Origin: a virus
Taxonomy: Duplodnaviria > Caudoviricetes
Length of the DNA stretch: 37,108 nucleotides
Direction: 5' to 3' (one strand)
IMG/VR virus record: IMGVR_UViG_3300031464_000088
Location: 1 to 37,108 of that record
Positions 19,301 through 25,497 of the stretch are shown here, one piece after another. A program made the translations under genes and the position numbers. The notes below the pieces were generated by a model. That model ran no database searches. It worked only from the letters and a program-made list of their open reading frames with translations, and was not told where the DNA came from. Every line of letters starts with the position of its first letter. The first letter of the stretch is position 1.

Positions 19301-21243
19301 ACGCTGGCACGATCCTGCGCGAGATCGATGGCTTTGCCGATTTCGGCCCGGCCTATCGCAACATCAAAGCTCCGATCGACGAAGCGATGAACCGTCTGAT
19401 CGTGCGAAAGCAGAAGGCGGCCGCCGACCTCGAAAAGCTCTACAGCGTCTATTCCAAGGAAGAGCGTCGCCGCATGTCGGTGCGCGAGTACATGCCGGCT
19501 CTCGGGTATTCACTGTCGAAGTGGGAGCGGATCGCGGTTGCACTCAACACCGGCAACGCCGGCAACCTCCAGCGCTTGACTGATCCCAAGGTGCGCGGCT
19601 CGCTCACTGAAGCCCAAGTCGCGGCTGTCCTCGCCACGCTTGACGAGCGCGATGCCGATTTCGTGCAATCGGTTTGGGATTACATCGGATCGTTCCGCGC
19701 GGACATCGCCGCGCGCGAGCGCCGCACCACGGGCGTCGAACCGGAATGGGTCGAGGCACAGCCGGTGCAGATTGCGGGCAAGACGCTCAAGGGCGGCTAC
19801 TACCCGCTGAAATATGATCCCCGGCTCTCCTCGCTCGCGCGCGATGATCAGACGCAGGAGATCGCGCAATCGCTTCAGGCGGGCCGGTTCGGCAAGGCGC
19901 AGACGCGCAACGGCCATCTCAAGGAACGTGCGCAATCCTCCGGCCGTGATGTCGAGCTGGACATGTCGGTGCTGCACCGGCACGTCAACCAAGTCATCTA
20001 TGACCTCGAGTTGTCTGAGCCGGTGGCGAACTCCTGGCGCATCCTGCAAGACGGCCGTATCCGCTCGGCCTTTATCGAGGCCGGCAAGCAAGCCGATTTC
20101 GATGCGCTCGAAACCTGGCTCAAGGACGTTGCGGAAGGCGAGCTGCGCTCCGCCGATTTCACCGGCCGGGCGGCGCGAATACTCAAATCGAATTTCACCG
20201 CAGCCAAGCTGGCATTCAACATTTCGACCGTCGCGATCCAGGTCACGGGCCTGTCTCAGTCCATGGTCGTCGTCGGCAAGAAAGATTTCGTTCGCGGGGT
20301 CATGGCGTCGTTCCGGCCCGGTGTGGTGAGCGATATCGTCGCCAAGTCGCCGTTCATGGCGTCGCGTCAGACGACGTTCAACAAGGACATTTATGACTTC
20401 TACAGCGATCCGAAGACGGGGCCGGTCGCCTCACGCTGGGGCGATATCAAGTCGAATATCATCGGGCCTTTGTCGTTCTGGATGATGACGAAAGTGCAAT
20501 GGGCGCTGGTCGATGTGCCGACATGGCTTGCCGGCTATCATCAGGGCTTGCGCAAGTTCGGCAAGGACGAGGCGAAAGCAATCGCGCACGCCGATGCGAT
20601 CGTGAAGCGCGCGCAAGCCTCGGGCCTGTTCTCTGATCGCTCGGCGGTCGAGCGGGGCTCCGTCACGCGAACGGCTCGGCAGAACGAAGTTGTTCGCCTG
20701 TTCACGGCCCTGGGCTCCTACATGTTCGCCAAGTTCAATGTCGCTTATGAGCGCTCGGCGCGGGCCTCACGCGCCATCAGGCAAGAGGGCGTGTCGCTCA
20801 AGTCGGCGCAAGAGGCGCTGTCGTGGACGCTCGATATGGCGTTCCTGTTCACGCTTGAGGCGGTGATCCTCGCCGCGATCCGCGGCGGCCTGCCCGACCA
20901 GGATGACGAGGAGAACGATAGCTGGCTGAAATTCATCGCGAAGGAAACGGCGTTCGGCGTCATGGCAACAATGCCGTTCGTCCGCGACGTTGCCGGCCCG
21001 GTGCAGGGCTATGACGGCGGCGGCGCGTATGGTGCGATCACGAAGGAGCTGGGCGCTCCGCTCGTTCAGATCGCCCAAGGTGAGGTCGATGCGGCGCTCG
21101 TCAAATCGGTCATCAACGCGACGGGTCTCGCAACGGGCCTGCCGGCGACGCAGATCAACCGCATCGTCGATGCGGCGTGGCGCGAGGCTGAAGGCGAGGA
21201 CGTGTCGCCGGTCGAATACCTGATGGGCCGTTCGAGGAAGTAA
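10339..21243 (+). CDS. Giant (3634 aa) large ejection protein / polyvalent protein
   Basis: Occupies the position of the large internal virion protein. LPD22-like N-terminus, Gly/Ala-rich hydrophobic region, LPD23-like TGF.KG.DG.WRFEISD, HEVAH plus GEVEAR, a second HESGH plus HEQWAR.FEAYL.EG.APS, and a long helical C-terminus. Confidence 0.9.
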   Translation: MKTIADYEAWKARQQQSNVGAAQVVLEAADASPDEVASDLTLAGDFSKATGGPVPPLPLVKEHRNVFQAAIERHRNTTILSNSPRLTEWLRNRENAALARDDLEGLSWWETTLGAGQHAISRGIQSFPQSYRQWLAAGTRERGRDQERSFAEIYADERSRPLFDWGPLGNSGLIDTAIGPISDAVFAGSRYLMSRLSALVGGSPEEHEARAAEYQRQAGEIAERIAAIPMSPAGERGKALVQSFKPTGSIGEDFAQFFGLVAKDPAGFLAFLTETAVESAPAIAAATVGTLATRSPGVGATILGLSSGAREAGSAPVEFFREHGLDVSTPDGALEAVQNEEMWRDAMQRGMTRGVIIGILDGLSGGIAGQQLANSPLANLALQSVVQAGLGAGGEAAGQIASGQEFNLAEVLIEGLAEFVTAPIEVAGVGGRAFVDNQRKARDAEARRTLFQELSGQAVSSKLRERMPDKFREFVEAATKDGPVEHVYVPAKEFVTYFQDIGVDPWALVDEELDGVTRDDLDAALAGGGDLQIPTATYAAKIAGSEHDAFLMENMRFDPDQMTAREAAEFNARAQEAMEEAWQVAEELRRHEEEFRSFEQEIYDTMVSRLRAAGRSTEVATTEAMLYPAFYRVMAERSNLTIEEFLQRYPLPQVQGAIPQGFQFRDVDELNRTLAEARNRKTVRDSRMTLLEFIDDRGGINDVGGELRARDAETIRRGRGKKTLRLARPGFVPGQAGIFGVGETDMYSPDSVAHAAIEYGYMADDPIVIQYKTALERGDQVPDITRALWDAIDRELGGEPQYSAYAPVDPAIAENEALDQIEEYLASLGVSLYDDDATIKAAIQADREARHYGQFAGVRARTLDSSALERAQAMEADGELPGDIYGATGFFKGPDGLWRFEISDADAKLKMGMLDRIIRKLAPKYVPLSSVLDHPKLFAAYPQLASYRTSVKIDPDAELLGAHDGENRVIEARGRTPEEALSVLLHEVAHAIQTVEDFATGGNPSMGELYEGERVAELKASIRQLGEAAEAAYEAGDKDRLKWIADRVAQEKQEMVKAARFEYYRRLAGEVEARNVQARDKLRRSGEEPDAPWWTADVTSDKVIIVRSRDRGDAFKALSADQGDPNAGRAGMPDWMRGILEGSRQRKALAAELAADGKAVRLKHADGRSALAGPDMSSPGGFRLTRFDDDGPVGHTEHSSLADAIDEGLRAGYQPVGRSYDQSGDERNLIVQHNLTAANLLHADKMRGLAVPSLAISNVDHPLDNFGEITLLGGPDLIDPRKDRTSKVFDADVYSPRYPTVRYKIAKAAMNKVWKRLGKVSAELGHVLSGELDSGEVERKGLEAFRDSSAVQLQFLRDTGRDIELPQQTARTDYLKMVPELADKFIDSYAVNNDPETRALVEKAISLEIQKLRDAAPDIPVEEWRDQYYRNGEIRRSVIDDIRQEIRVAREPGVDRYAARTAIRDAVKPHADEFSAWVEEQFGSVIAGETIMTETASGNWRYLPHTLDNVVKVLRKKLRDGEGFNYGVGSIRSKVANQFKSVSAIQRARGRLIPADAMQALKDEVNDEFVALASKLGAYSEYSSGFGWLDTFSEQLKEVADRGPRALNQYFNDLPDDLLQEAVAFLDKLANMPTEYFEAKLQRAVDLSEFKAAVVPHDAPQAAKDVLKRAGVPIFEYDPKDASSRAVRTRLAASEGKLLFQSGRDQAVEDQPRVNEDGFVQLLPFREEWGDPRFNEEDREHALGRLREIRAMNVRQAPWEDIVAAYRDLNQIAMQLLYFAPDAPIEKLRDTLNGGHEVWRYMFDRRRGPDLGDDGRSSIYSGINVPPDIQDFAREGGSAIEHLLKSRRRGVVELLEFGWTDEPRPSRKPLDPSQIGEKMRSGFYFQVGRKLADVPDALFNQGGQAVIDWLTQAGVSRAEIDHFQLQQKFGNRQPATREDFARAIAERMFDFRRKTSWLNPERTRRDYELGGTRAFGGPRIPGRGIYFERLNAFPKKLKGGEEFPPGSFESPHWEDVHTGTWASWRGSIRDIPNWGRMLIGEEGQTDYMQGAVSGRRPRITTAEYLKLKDDRDRRDKVLDKAYDLVGTAASAIGLSYQQKSAIARELVPLYGGSELDRDAWLERAKSFRDLIRERGNNKDAIEALDELEKLRSDNEEFFKPGARELYDDPAKFTPETPLDESYTRNMIRDLLLLAAQRNVNSIAISTSETTDRIQANTHRSAAHFYDRQLKPGLERELRRWTGDSTLKLELVKLPKAMGAPRNEKAYTVWAARLTPEVLARIRAQGLPMMQDTGEAGRRGSIQFPAGGVGRGDTVIRLFQGADLSTMLHESGHYFLSVMQDLAANGEEQATADLAAIRVWWRSNADSVAKDAMRSAPDVKITADDVIAVLDYGTTGDADKDIAIDTGMHEQWARAFEAYLMEGKAPSAELRSAFEKFRAWLISVYRRLVGLNVAVSDDIRAVMDRMLATDEEIAKAQAEAGGTAPLFATAEEMGLSPEEFSAFLKLRSQAEDEAKARLLREIMAPIKRERDKWYKEERAKVRKEVEREVNAYPYYRAIEWLGNRRWLGDDPPLDDTPDLRLSKAILVERYGEGVLKTLPRGKQTIYTVDGGLDPDDAAGWFGFDSGDEMIRALERAPKRIDAIEAETDRIMNERHGDVLNDGTIEAEALDAVHTDKRGQWIAAELKAVVEVAGTGDVMTAKAARETARRTIARMRVRDAMNANRFLAAERKAGEEAARLGAMLAREKLWMDAARRRIATKARAVLREDGKPDAVAGQIDRANRSTKNYNETVEKLIQAKRRQLLNHALYMEARKVADEVAKAERFVAKLSKKTTREKIAGAGRRENAQVDYLAAIDELLDRYDFRRLSGAAERRRGALNAFVEAMKAAGRENELAIPEAVLADAARKPYKTLPVEELRGVIDSLKNLEHVALRWDKLIDAQQQRALDDVVADIVEAFDANLPKRPPGRVPTSGEALRNAGRQFLDLVLNAGTILREIDGFADFGPAYRNIKAPIDEAMNRLIVRKQKAAADLEKLYSVYSKEERRRMSVREYMPALGYSLSKWERIAVALNTGNAGNLQRLTDPKVRGSLTEAQVAAVLATLDERDADFVQSVWDYIGSFRADIAARERRTTGVEPEWVEAQPVQIAGKTLKGGYYPLKYDPRLSSLARDDQTQEIAQSLQAGRFGKAQTRNGHLKERAQSSGRDVELDMSVLHRHVNQVIYDLELSEPVANSWRILQDGRIRSAFIEAGKQADFDALETWLKDVAEGELRSADFTGRAARILKSNFTAAKLAFNISTVAIQVTGLSQSMVVVGKKDFVRGVMASFRPGVVSDIVAKSPFMASRQTTFNKDIYDFYSDPKTGPVASRWGDIKSNIIGPLSFWMMTKVQWALVDVPTWLAGYHQGLRKFGKDEAKAIAHADAIVKRAQASGLFSDRSAVERGSVTRTARQNEVVRLFTALGSYMFAKFNVAYERSARASRAIRQEGVSLKSAQEALSWTLDMAFLFTLEAVILAAIRGGLPDQDDEENDSWLKFIAKETAFGVMATMPFVRDVAGPVQGYDGGGAYGAITKELGAPLVQIAQGEVDAALVKSVINATGLATGLPATQINRIVDAAWREAEGEDVSPVEYLMGRSRK

Positions 21244-21255
21244 CCGTCAGAAAAT

Positions 21256-21287
21256 AGCTTTGCGCGCTGAACTCCAGCGCGCGAGCT
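21256..21287. other. Strong hairpin between the giant gene and the tailspike
   Basis: agct-tt-gcgcgctg-aactc-cagcgcgc-g-agct, preceded by an A run, so it reads as terminator-like on the minus strand. Confidence 0.5.
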
Positions 21288-21291
21288 GTCT

Positions 21292-23064
21292 ATGACGATC
21301 TCCAGCGAAATAAACCGTTCCGGCCCGTATGACGGCAATAGCGTCACGACTGTCTTCGACTTCGATTTCCGGATCGTTGACGAAAGCCACCTGAGCGTCA
21401 TTAAGACGGACGCGGCCGGCATCGAGTCAGAGCTTGTCATCGGCGCGGATTACACCGTTTCCGGTGTCGGTGACGCCAGCGGCGGGCAAATCACTCTGAG
21501 CATCGCGCCGAAGTTCGGCGAGAAGATCACCATTCTGCGCAAGGTTCCATTTACCCAGCAAACCGATCTCGAAAATCAGGGTGCGTTCTTCGCCGAAACG
21601 ATAGAAGCGGCGCTCGATCTGGCTGTCATGCGCGATCAGGAGTTGAGCGAGAAGGTCGATCGCGCGTTCAAGACTACGGCGGTGGGCGATCGATACGATG
21701 CCGGCGGGCTGCGCTTCTCGAACCTGGCCGATGGCGTCGATCCGCAGGATGCGGCCACGGTCGGCCAAACCATGGGCGCTCAGCAAGCCGCGACGGCGGC
21801 AGCTCAAAGCGCTCAGCAAGCCGAGCTGGCGGCGCAACGCGCGCTCGCTGCGGCCGTTCCCCTGGCTGCCGGCCGCAATTTCGCAGCGGCTCATAACCGC
21901 CTGACACTGGAGAGCCTGCGGATCACTGCTGGGCAGTATGCAGGTGGTTGGCGTGCTACCGGGGCCGGTGGCCTGAACTGGTATTTCACATTTGCGGCAA
22001 TGGTGCTGTCAAATCAGTTCACCACTGCTCAGATCAAGGATGCTGTCGAAACCTGCCTGGAAACATCTGTGGTTGGGGCTTGGGAAGCCAGCACCACGTA
22101 TGCGGCCGGCACTAAGGTCGTCATTGGCGGCAAGATCTTTTTCGTCAACATCGCCGGCACGACGGGGGCAAGCCCGCCTGACGTATCTGGCATCAGCACC
22201 GCCGGAGAGTTCGTCGGCGATGGCACGGTCACGTGGGAATACATGGGCATGACCGTGCCAAACGAGTGGGAATGGTTCATCATCGATGTGCTCGGCGACC
22301 TTTCCACGCTCGACTATCCAGACAGCCACGACGCCTATGCCGGAATGCTGGCGTCGGCGGCGCTCAAAGCTGGCGTTGACGCGACCTGGCTGGATGCAGC
22401 CAGCATCTTCCCTGGCAAGAGCCGACTGCAACTCATCGGAACTGTGTTTGACCGGTGCATCACAGATACGCTCCAGGGCCTGAACCTCGCATCGACATTC
22501 CAGGGCGATAAGCTGGGGGATGGCACGCCGTACCCGATCAAGTTCATCGCCGATAATTGCGATGCTTGGCGCGGGGCGAAGTCGCTCGCGGGCCTTTACG
22601 CCATCGTGGGCGACGCGGTGAACGAGGCGGCGGCTGAAGGGCTGGCGGCTACGCTAAAGAGCGGCGTCATCGCGCTTTGGGACGATACCGTGGGCCGGTT
22701 CAGGACGTATCAAAGCCAGACGGGACACGGGAGTTTGACGGGTGACGAGGCGTTCGTCACAAACCTGCGGTTTCACGCGTGGCCGATCCTCCATGACATG
22801 TGGACTAGCTACGAGGAGTGGGTGACTTACGCCGATCCGGTCATCTCCTACACGATCGCCAACACACCCGGCCTGTGGCTCGGCGAGGTTGACGCGTTCG
22901 CCATAGCCGAGTGGTACTTCATGGCCGCAAAGAAGTTCGGCTGGCTGGTCGCCAAAGACACGCTCGCGTGGCGGGTGACAACTCGACCGCTCTCGCTCGT
23001 GACGCTCATCGACATTGCGCTCAACCTGGAGGCGGGGGACCATGGATCAAGCCACTCGGGCTGA
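21292..23064 (+). CDS. Tail fibre/tailspike with T7 gp17-like N-terminal anchor and a putative glycosidase C-terminal domain
   Basis: MTIS......Y.GN..TT.F.F.F and QQTDL.NQG.F..E.IE.ALD anchor; NLADG..PQDAAT neck; Ala/Gln coil; C-terminal DSHDAYA and ADNCD.W.G motifs. Confidence 0.85.
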   Translation: MTISSEINRSGPYDGNSVTTVFDFDFRIVDESHLSVIKTDAAGIESELVIGADYTVSGVGDASGGQITLSIAPKFGEKITILRKVPFTQQTDLENQGAFFAETIEAALDLAVMRDQELSEKVDRAFKTTAVGDRYDAGGLRFSNLADGVDPQDAATVGQTMGAQQAATAAAQSAQQAELAAQRALAAAVPLAAGRNFAAAHNRLTLESLRITAGQYAGGWRATGAGGLNWYFTFAAMVLSNQFTTAQIKDAVETCLETSVVGAWEASTTYAAGTKVVIGGKIFFVNIAGTTGASPPDVSGISTAGEFVGDGTVTWEYMGMTVPNEWEWFIIDVLGDLSTLDYPDSHDAYAGMLASAALKAGVDATWLDAASIFPGKSRLQLIGTVFDRCITDTLQGLNLASTFQGDKLGDGTPYPIKFIADNCDAWRGAKSLAGLYAIVGDAVNEAAAEGLAATLKSGVIALWDDTVGRFRTYQSQTGHGSLTGDEAFVTNLRFHAWPILHDMWTSYEEWVTYADPVISYTIANTPGLWLGEVDAFAIAEWYFMAAKKFGWLVAKDTLAWRVTTRPLSLVTLIDIALNLEAGDHGSSHSG

Positions 23065-23311
23065 ACTCGAAAAGCTACATGGACGGATCAACGACTTGAA
23101 GGAGCGTATCGTTTTGCTGGAAGCAGATCGCCCTTACGTGCGCGAGGCCCTGGCCCGCATCGAAAGCGCGGTGTCCGAATTGCGCGTGGGCTTCAAGGCG
23201 GACATCGATCAGTTCCGCGGCTACTTCGTCAAATTCGTGTGGGTCGTCGCGGTCGCGCTTATCGGCGCGATCATGCAGTTCATCATTCGTGGCGGGTTGA
23301 GCGTCAACTGA
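23042..23311 (+). CDS. Coiled-coil protein with C-terminal TM helix (XhlA/holin-like)
   Basis: Probable start ATG 23042 (MDQATR) with a GGGGGA SD; ends in FVWVVAVALIGAIMQFII. Confidence 0.7.
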   Translation: MDQATRAELEKLHGRINDLKERIVLLEADRPYVREALARIESAVSELRVGFKADIDQFRGYFVKFVWVVAVALIGAIMQFIIRGGLSVN

Positions 23312-23368
23312 GTTTAGCCGGCAACCCTTGCCGGCGCATGTTGCGGTTTCTCAGAAAGGAGACCGCGC

Positions 23369-23572
23369 ATGACGAGTGTCATCATCCGCATCCTGTTGCG
23401 CTACGCCGCGGCTCTGCTTGTCGCGAAAGGTTTGCTGTCGCCAGACGTGGGTGATGTCGTTTCGAACGATCCCGATCTCGTCGCCGTGATCGAGGTTGCG
23501 GCCGGCATGATTATCGGGGTCGCTGCGGAATGCTGGTATTTCCTCGCGCGCAATTACGGGTGGTCAACATGA
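23369..23572 (+). CDS. Small two-TM putative holin
   Basis: 67 aa; IIRILLRY.AA.LV.KG and G.IIGV.AE.WY.LA...GW.T; AGGAGA SD. Confidence 0.7.
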   Translation: MTSVIIRILLRYAAALLVAKGLLSPDVGDVVSNDPDLVAVIEVAAGMIIGVAAECWYFLARNYGWST

Positions 23573-23964
23573 GCTGGCTTTTCACACTATTGACCGGTGG
23601 CCTGCTGGATAAGCTCATCGGCCCGCTCGAACGCGCTTACCACGCGAAGCTGTCTGCCGACACGGATGCCAAGAAGCTCGCGGCAGAGCAGATCATCAAG
23701 CTCTTCGAGGGGCAGATTGCGCTCGCCACGACTGCCGCCCAACATGATCGCTGGTGGTCAACACGCGAGCTGATCGGCAAGTGCGCCCTGATCTATGTCG
23801 CCAAGATCGTCGTATGGGATACCGTGCTCGGCCTTGGCATAACGCCCGATCCTGGCCCCCAGGTCTCGGGCATCGTCATGGTGGTGATTGGCTTCTACTT
23901 CGGGGCCAAGGCCGCAACGGACGTGGCGGCAAGGCTGCTCGGGGCCTTGGCCGCGCGTCGCTAG
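23569..23964 (+). CDS. Putative holin-like membrane protein
   Basis: Start ATG 23569 overlaps the previous stop (ATGA). Hydrophobic segments and a C-terminal VIGFYFG motif typical of 3-TM holins. Confidence 0.7.
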   Translation: MSWLFTLLTGGLLDKLIGPLERAYHAKLSADTDAKKLAAEQIIKLFEGQIALATTAAQHDRWWSTRELIGKCALIYVAKIVVWDTVLGLGITPDPGPQVSGIVMVVIGFYFGAKAATDVAARLLGALAARR

Positions 23965-24311
23965 GGGCCGGCCCGGTAGCTCATGATCTCGCCGCGCTGG
24001 AGGGAGCCCTTGTCCAGGAGATTGGCAAGGGCTTTCTTCGGCGGCATGTAGGAGCGCCGGCCGGGGCGCTGCTTGGCGTCCTCCTGCTGCCAGCCCAATT
24101 CAAGCCGGCAAATCTGCGTCCACAGATTGAGCGCCTTCGCCTCGCTGCGCTCGCGGCGCAACGCTCGGAACAGATCGTAGAGTTCCGCCCCGCGCTGCAT
24201 GCGGCGATTGTTGAACGTCTGGCGGCAGGAAGCGCAACAGAACTCCTGGCCTCTGCGGCGGCGGCTGATGGGCTGCCCGCATTCCAGGCACCGGTAATCG
24301 CGTGATGTCAT
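23961..24311 (-). CDS. Hypothetical Zn-finger protein
   Basis: CLECG...FCCASCR; GGGGGA SD; basic protein. Confidence 0.75.
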   Translation of the reverse strand: MTSRDYRCLECGQPISRRRRGQEFCCASCRQTFNNRRMQRGAELYDLFRALRRERSEAKALNLWTQICRLELGWQQEDAKQRPGRRSYMPPKKALANLLDKGSLQRGEIMSYRAGP

Positions 24312-24323
24312 GATCGTCCCCCT

Positions 24324-24363
24324 AAAACCAAAAGAGCGCCAGCGTCTAAACGCCAGCGCTCTT
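24324..24363 (-). terminator. Intrinsic terminator for the leftward operon
   Basis: Minus-strand RNA AAGAGCGC-UG-GCGU-UUAG-ACGC-UG-GCGCUCUU-UUGGUUUU. The G:U pairs close the stem only on the minus strand. Confidence 0.75.
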
Positions 24364-24374
24364 CTGTAGCATCA

Positions 24375-24393
24375 TGTTGCGATTATCGCAACA
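24375..24393. promoter_or_regulatory. Operator (perfect palindrome TGTTGCGAT-T-ATCGCAACA)
   Basis: 9-bp perfect inverted repeat, intergenic; the motif recurs in the immunity region. Confidence 0.8.
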
Positions 24394-24399
24394 GTGTTG

Positions 24400-24711
24400 T
24401 CATGGCAAAGCGCCTCGTCGTCCACTGCGCGTGGGCTGCGGCTCTGGATGGAGAATACGGCTGCTTTCGGGATCGCATGCGGGCTCGCTCTCCTCCTCGG
24501 GCTCGGGGTCGGCATTGGCAGGGGTTCCGACGCGGCGCGTCTTCTGCTCTGCCTTCACTTCATCGATCTGAGCGGCCTTCAGCACTTCGGTATAATCCCC
24601 GCTCTTGTGCGCGGCCTTGACGAGCGACAGTGTATTGAACTGCTCGTCGAGGCTCTTGCCGGTCGGCAGGAACGCCTTGATCACGATCGCTATGCCTGTC
24701 TGATTTGCCAT
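24400..24711 (-). CDS. Hypothetical protein
   Basis: Probable start ATG 24711 (MANQTG) with an AGGAGG SD. Confidence 0.75.
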   Translation of the reverse strand: MANQTGIAIVIKAFLPTGKSLDEQFNTLSLVKAAHKSGDYTEVLKAAQIDEVKAEQKTRRVGTPANADPEPEEESEPACDPESSRILHPEPQPTRSGRRGALP

Positions 24712-24737
24712 GTTGGAACCTCCTTTGATGGCCTGTG

Positions 24738-25292
24738 TCAAAGCTCGCGGATCAGCAGGATTGCCGCCGCCGCATAATTGATGACGCCAAGGTATTCCTG
24801 AACAGCGGCGTCGTACTGCTTGCGTTTGACCATGCGGTTGGCCTCCTGGGCCTTCTTCATGATCTGGTAGGAATGCCCGCCAGCATCGCCAAGCATGCGG
24901 GCGATCTCCATGATCGGCTGATTGAGAAAGGGCTTGTCGTCGGCGTGCCGGTCGTGCCCCTTGCCGCGTGCCGCTTGATCGTGGGCAGCCTGAAGAATGC
25001 CGGCAAGGCTGCCGTACATCGGATCGCCCACAATGGCGGGCGGCTCGGGATCGGGCGCGGGCAGCGCCTTCGGCTCGTCCGGCTGGGGCGGCTCTGGTTG
25101 CCGGGCGGCTGACGGGACTTCCTCGATCAGGTCCAGCTCCGATTGGTCATAGCGTGATGGCGAAACAGTTCCGTCGTCGCGATACGTGAGTTCCCCGCTA
25201 CTCCAAGGGAAGGTCGAGCAACCCGACCGGCGCATCGGGCCGATGCATTTGCCTCTGCGGTCCCAATAGAACTTTCCTTCTTCAATCTGCAT
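24738..25292 (-). CDS. Two-domain hypothetical protein; C-terminal all-alpha domain possibly MazG/dimeric-dUTPase-like
   Basis: N-terminal EEGKFY..R.G...GPM module, Pro linker, then GKG..RH....F..Q...KK..E...E.LG.INY. AGGAGG SD. Confidence 0.65.
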   Translation of the reverse strand: MQIEEGKFYWDRRGKCIGPMRRSGCSTFPWSSGELTYRDDGTVSPSRYDQSELDLIEEVPSAARQPEPPQPDEPKALPAPDPEPPAIVGDPMYGSLAGILQAAHDQAARGKGHDRHADDKPFLNQPIMEIARMLGDAGGHSYQIMKKAQEANRMVKRKQYDAAVQEYLGVINYAAAAILLIREL

Positions 25293-25497
25293 CGCTTGTC
25301 CTCCTGAGTTTTTGCGAGGTTGCCTTGATCTTGTGATGAGCGAGGATGATTGCCTGCTCGTCAGTGAGGTCTTCCGACCGGCCGATGACCTTCAAATCGT
25401 CGGCCAGCTTCTTGAGTTCTGGAGCGGCGGCGATCAGGTCCGCCTTGTCGCGCGTGCGAATTTCGACGCGCGAAAACCCTGGCACCGTGGCAACCAT
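25282..25497 (-). CDS. Hypothetical protein
   Basis: 71 aa, translationally coupled to recT (TGATG) and to the next gene. Confidence 0.7.
   Translation of the reverse strand: MVATVPGFSRVEIRTRDKADLIAAAPELKKLADDLKVIGRSEDLTDEQAIILAHHKIKATSQKLRRTSDAD

Noticed and set aside
21292-24400. Diversity-generating retroelement as in BPP-1
   Set aside because: No reverse transcriptase ORF and no template/variable repeat pair seen near the tail fibre gene.
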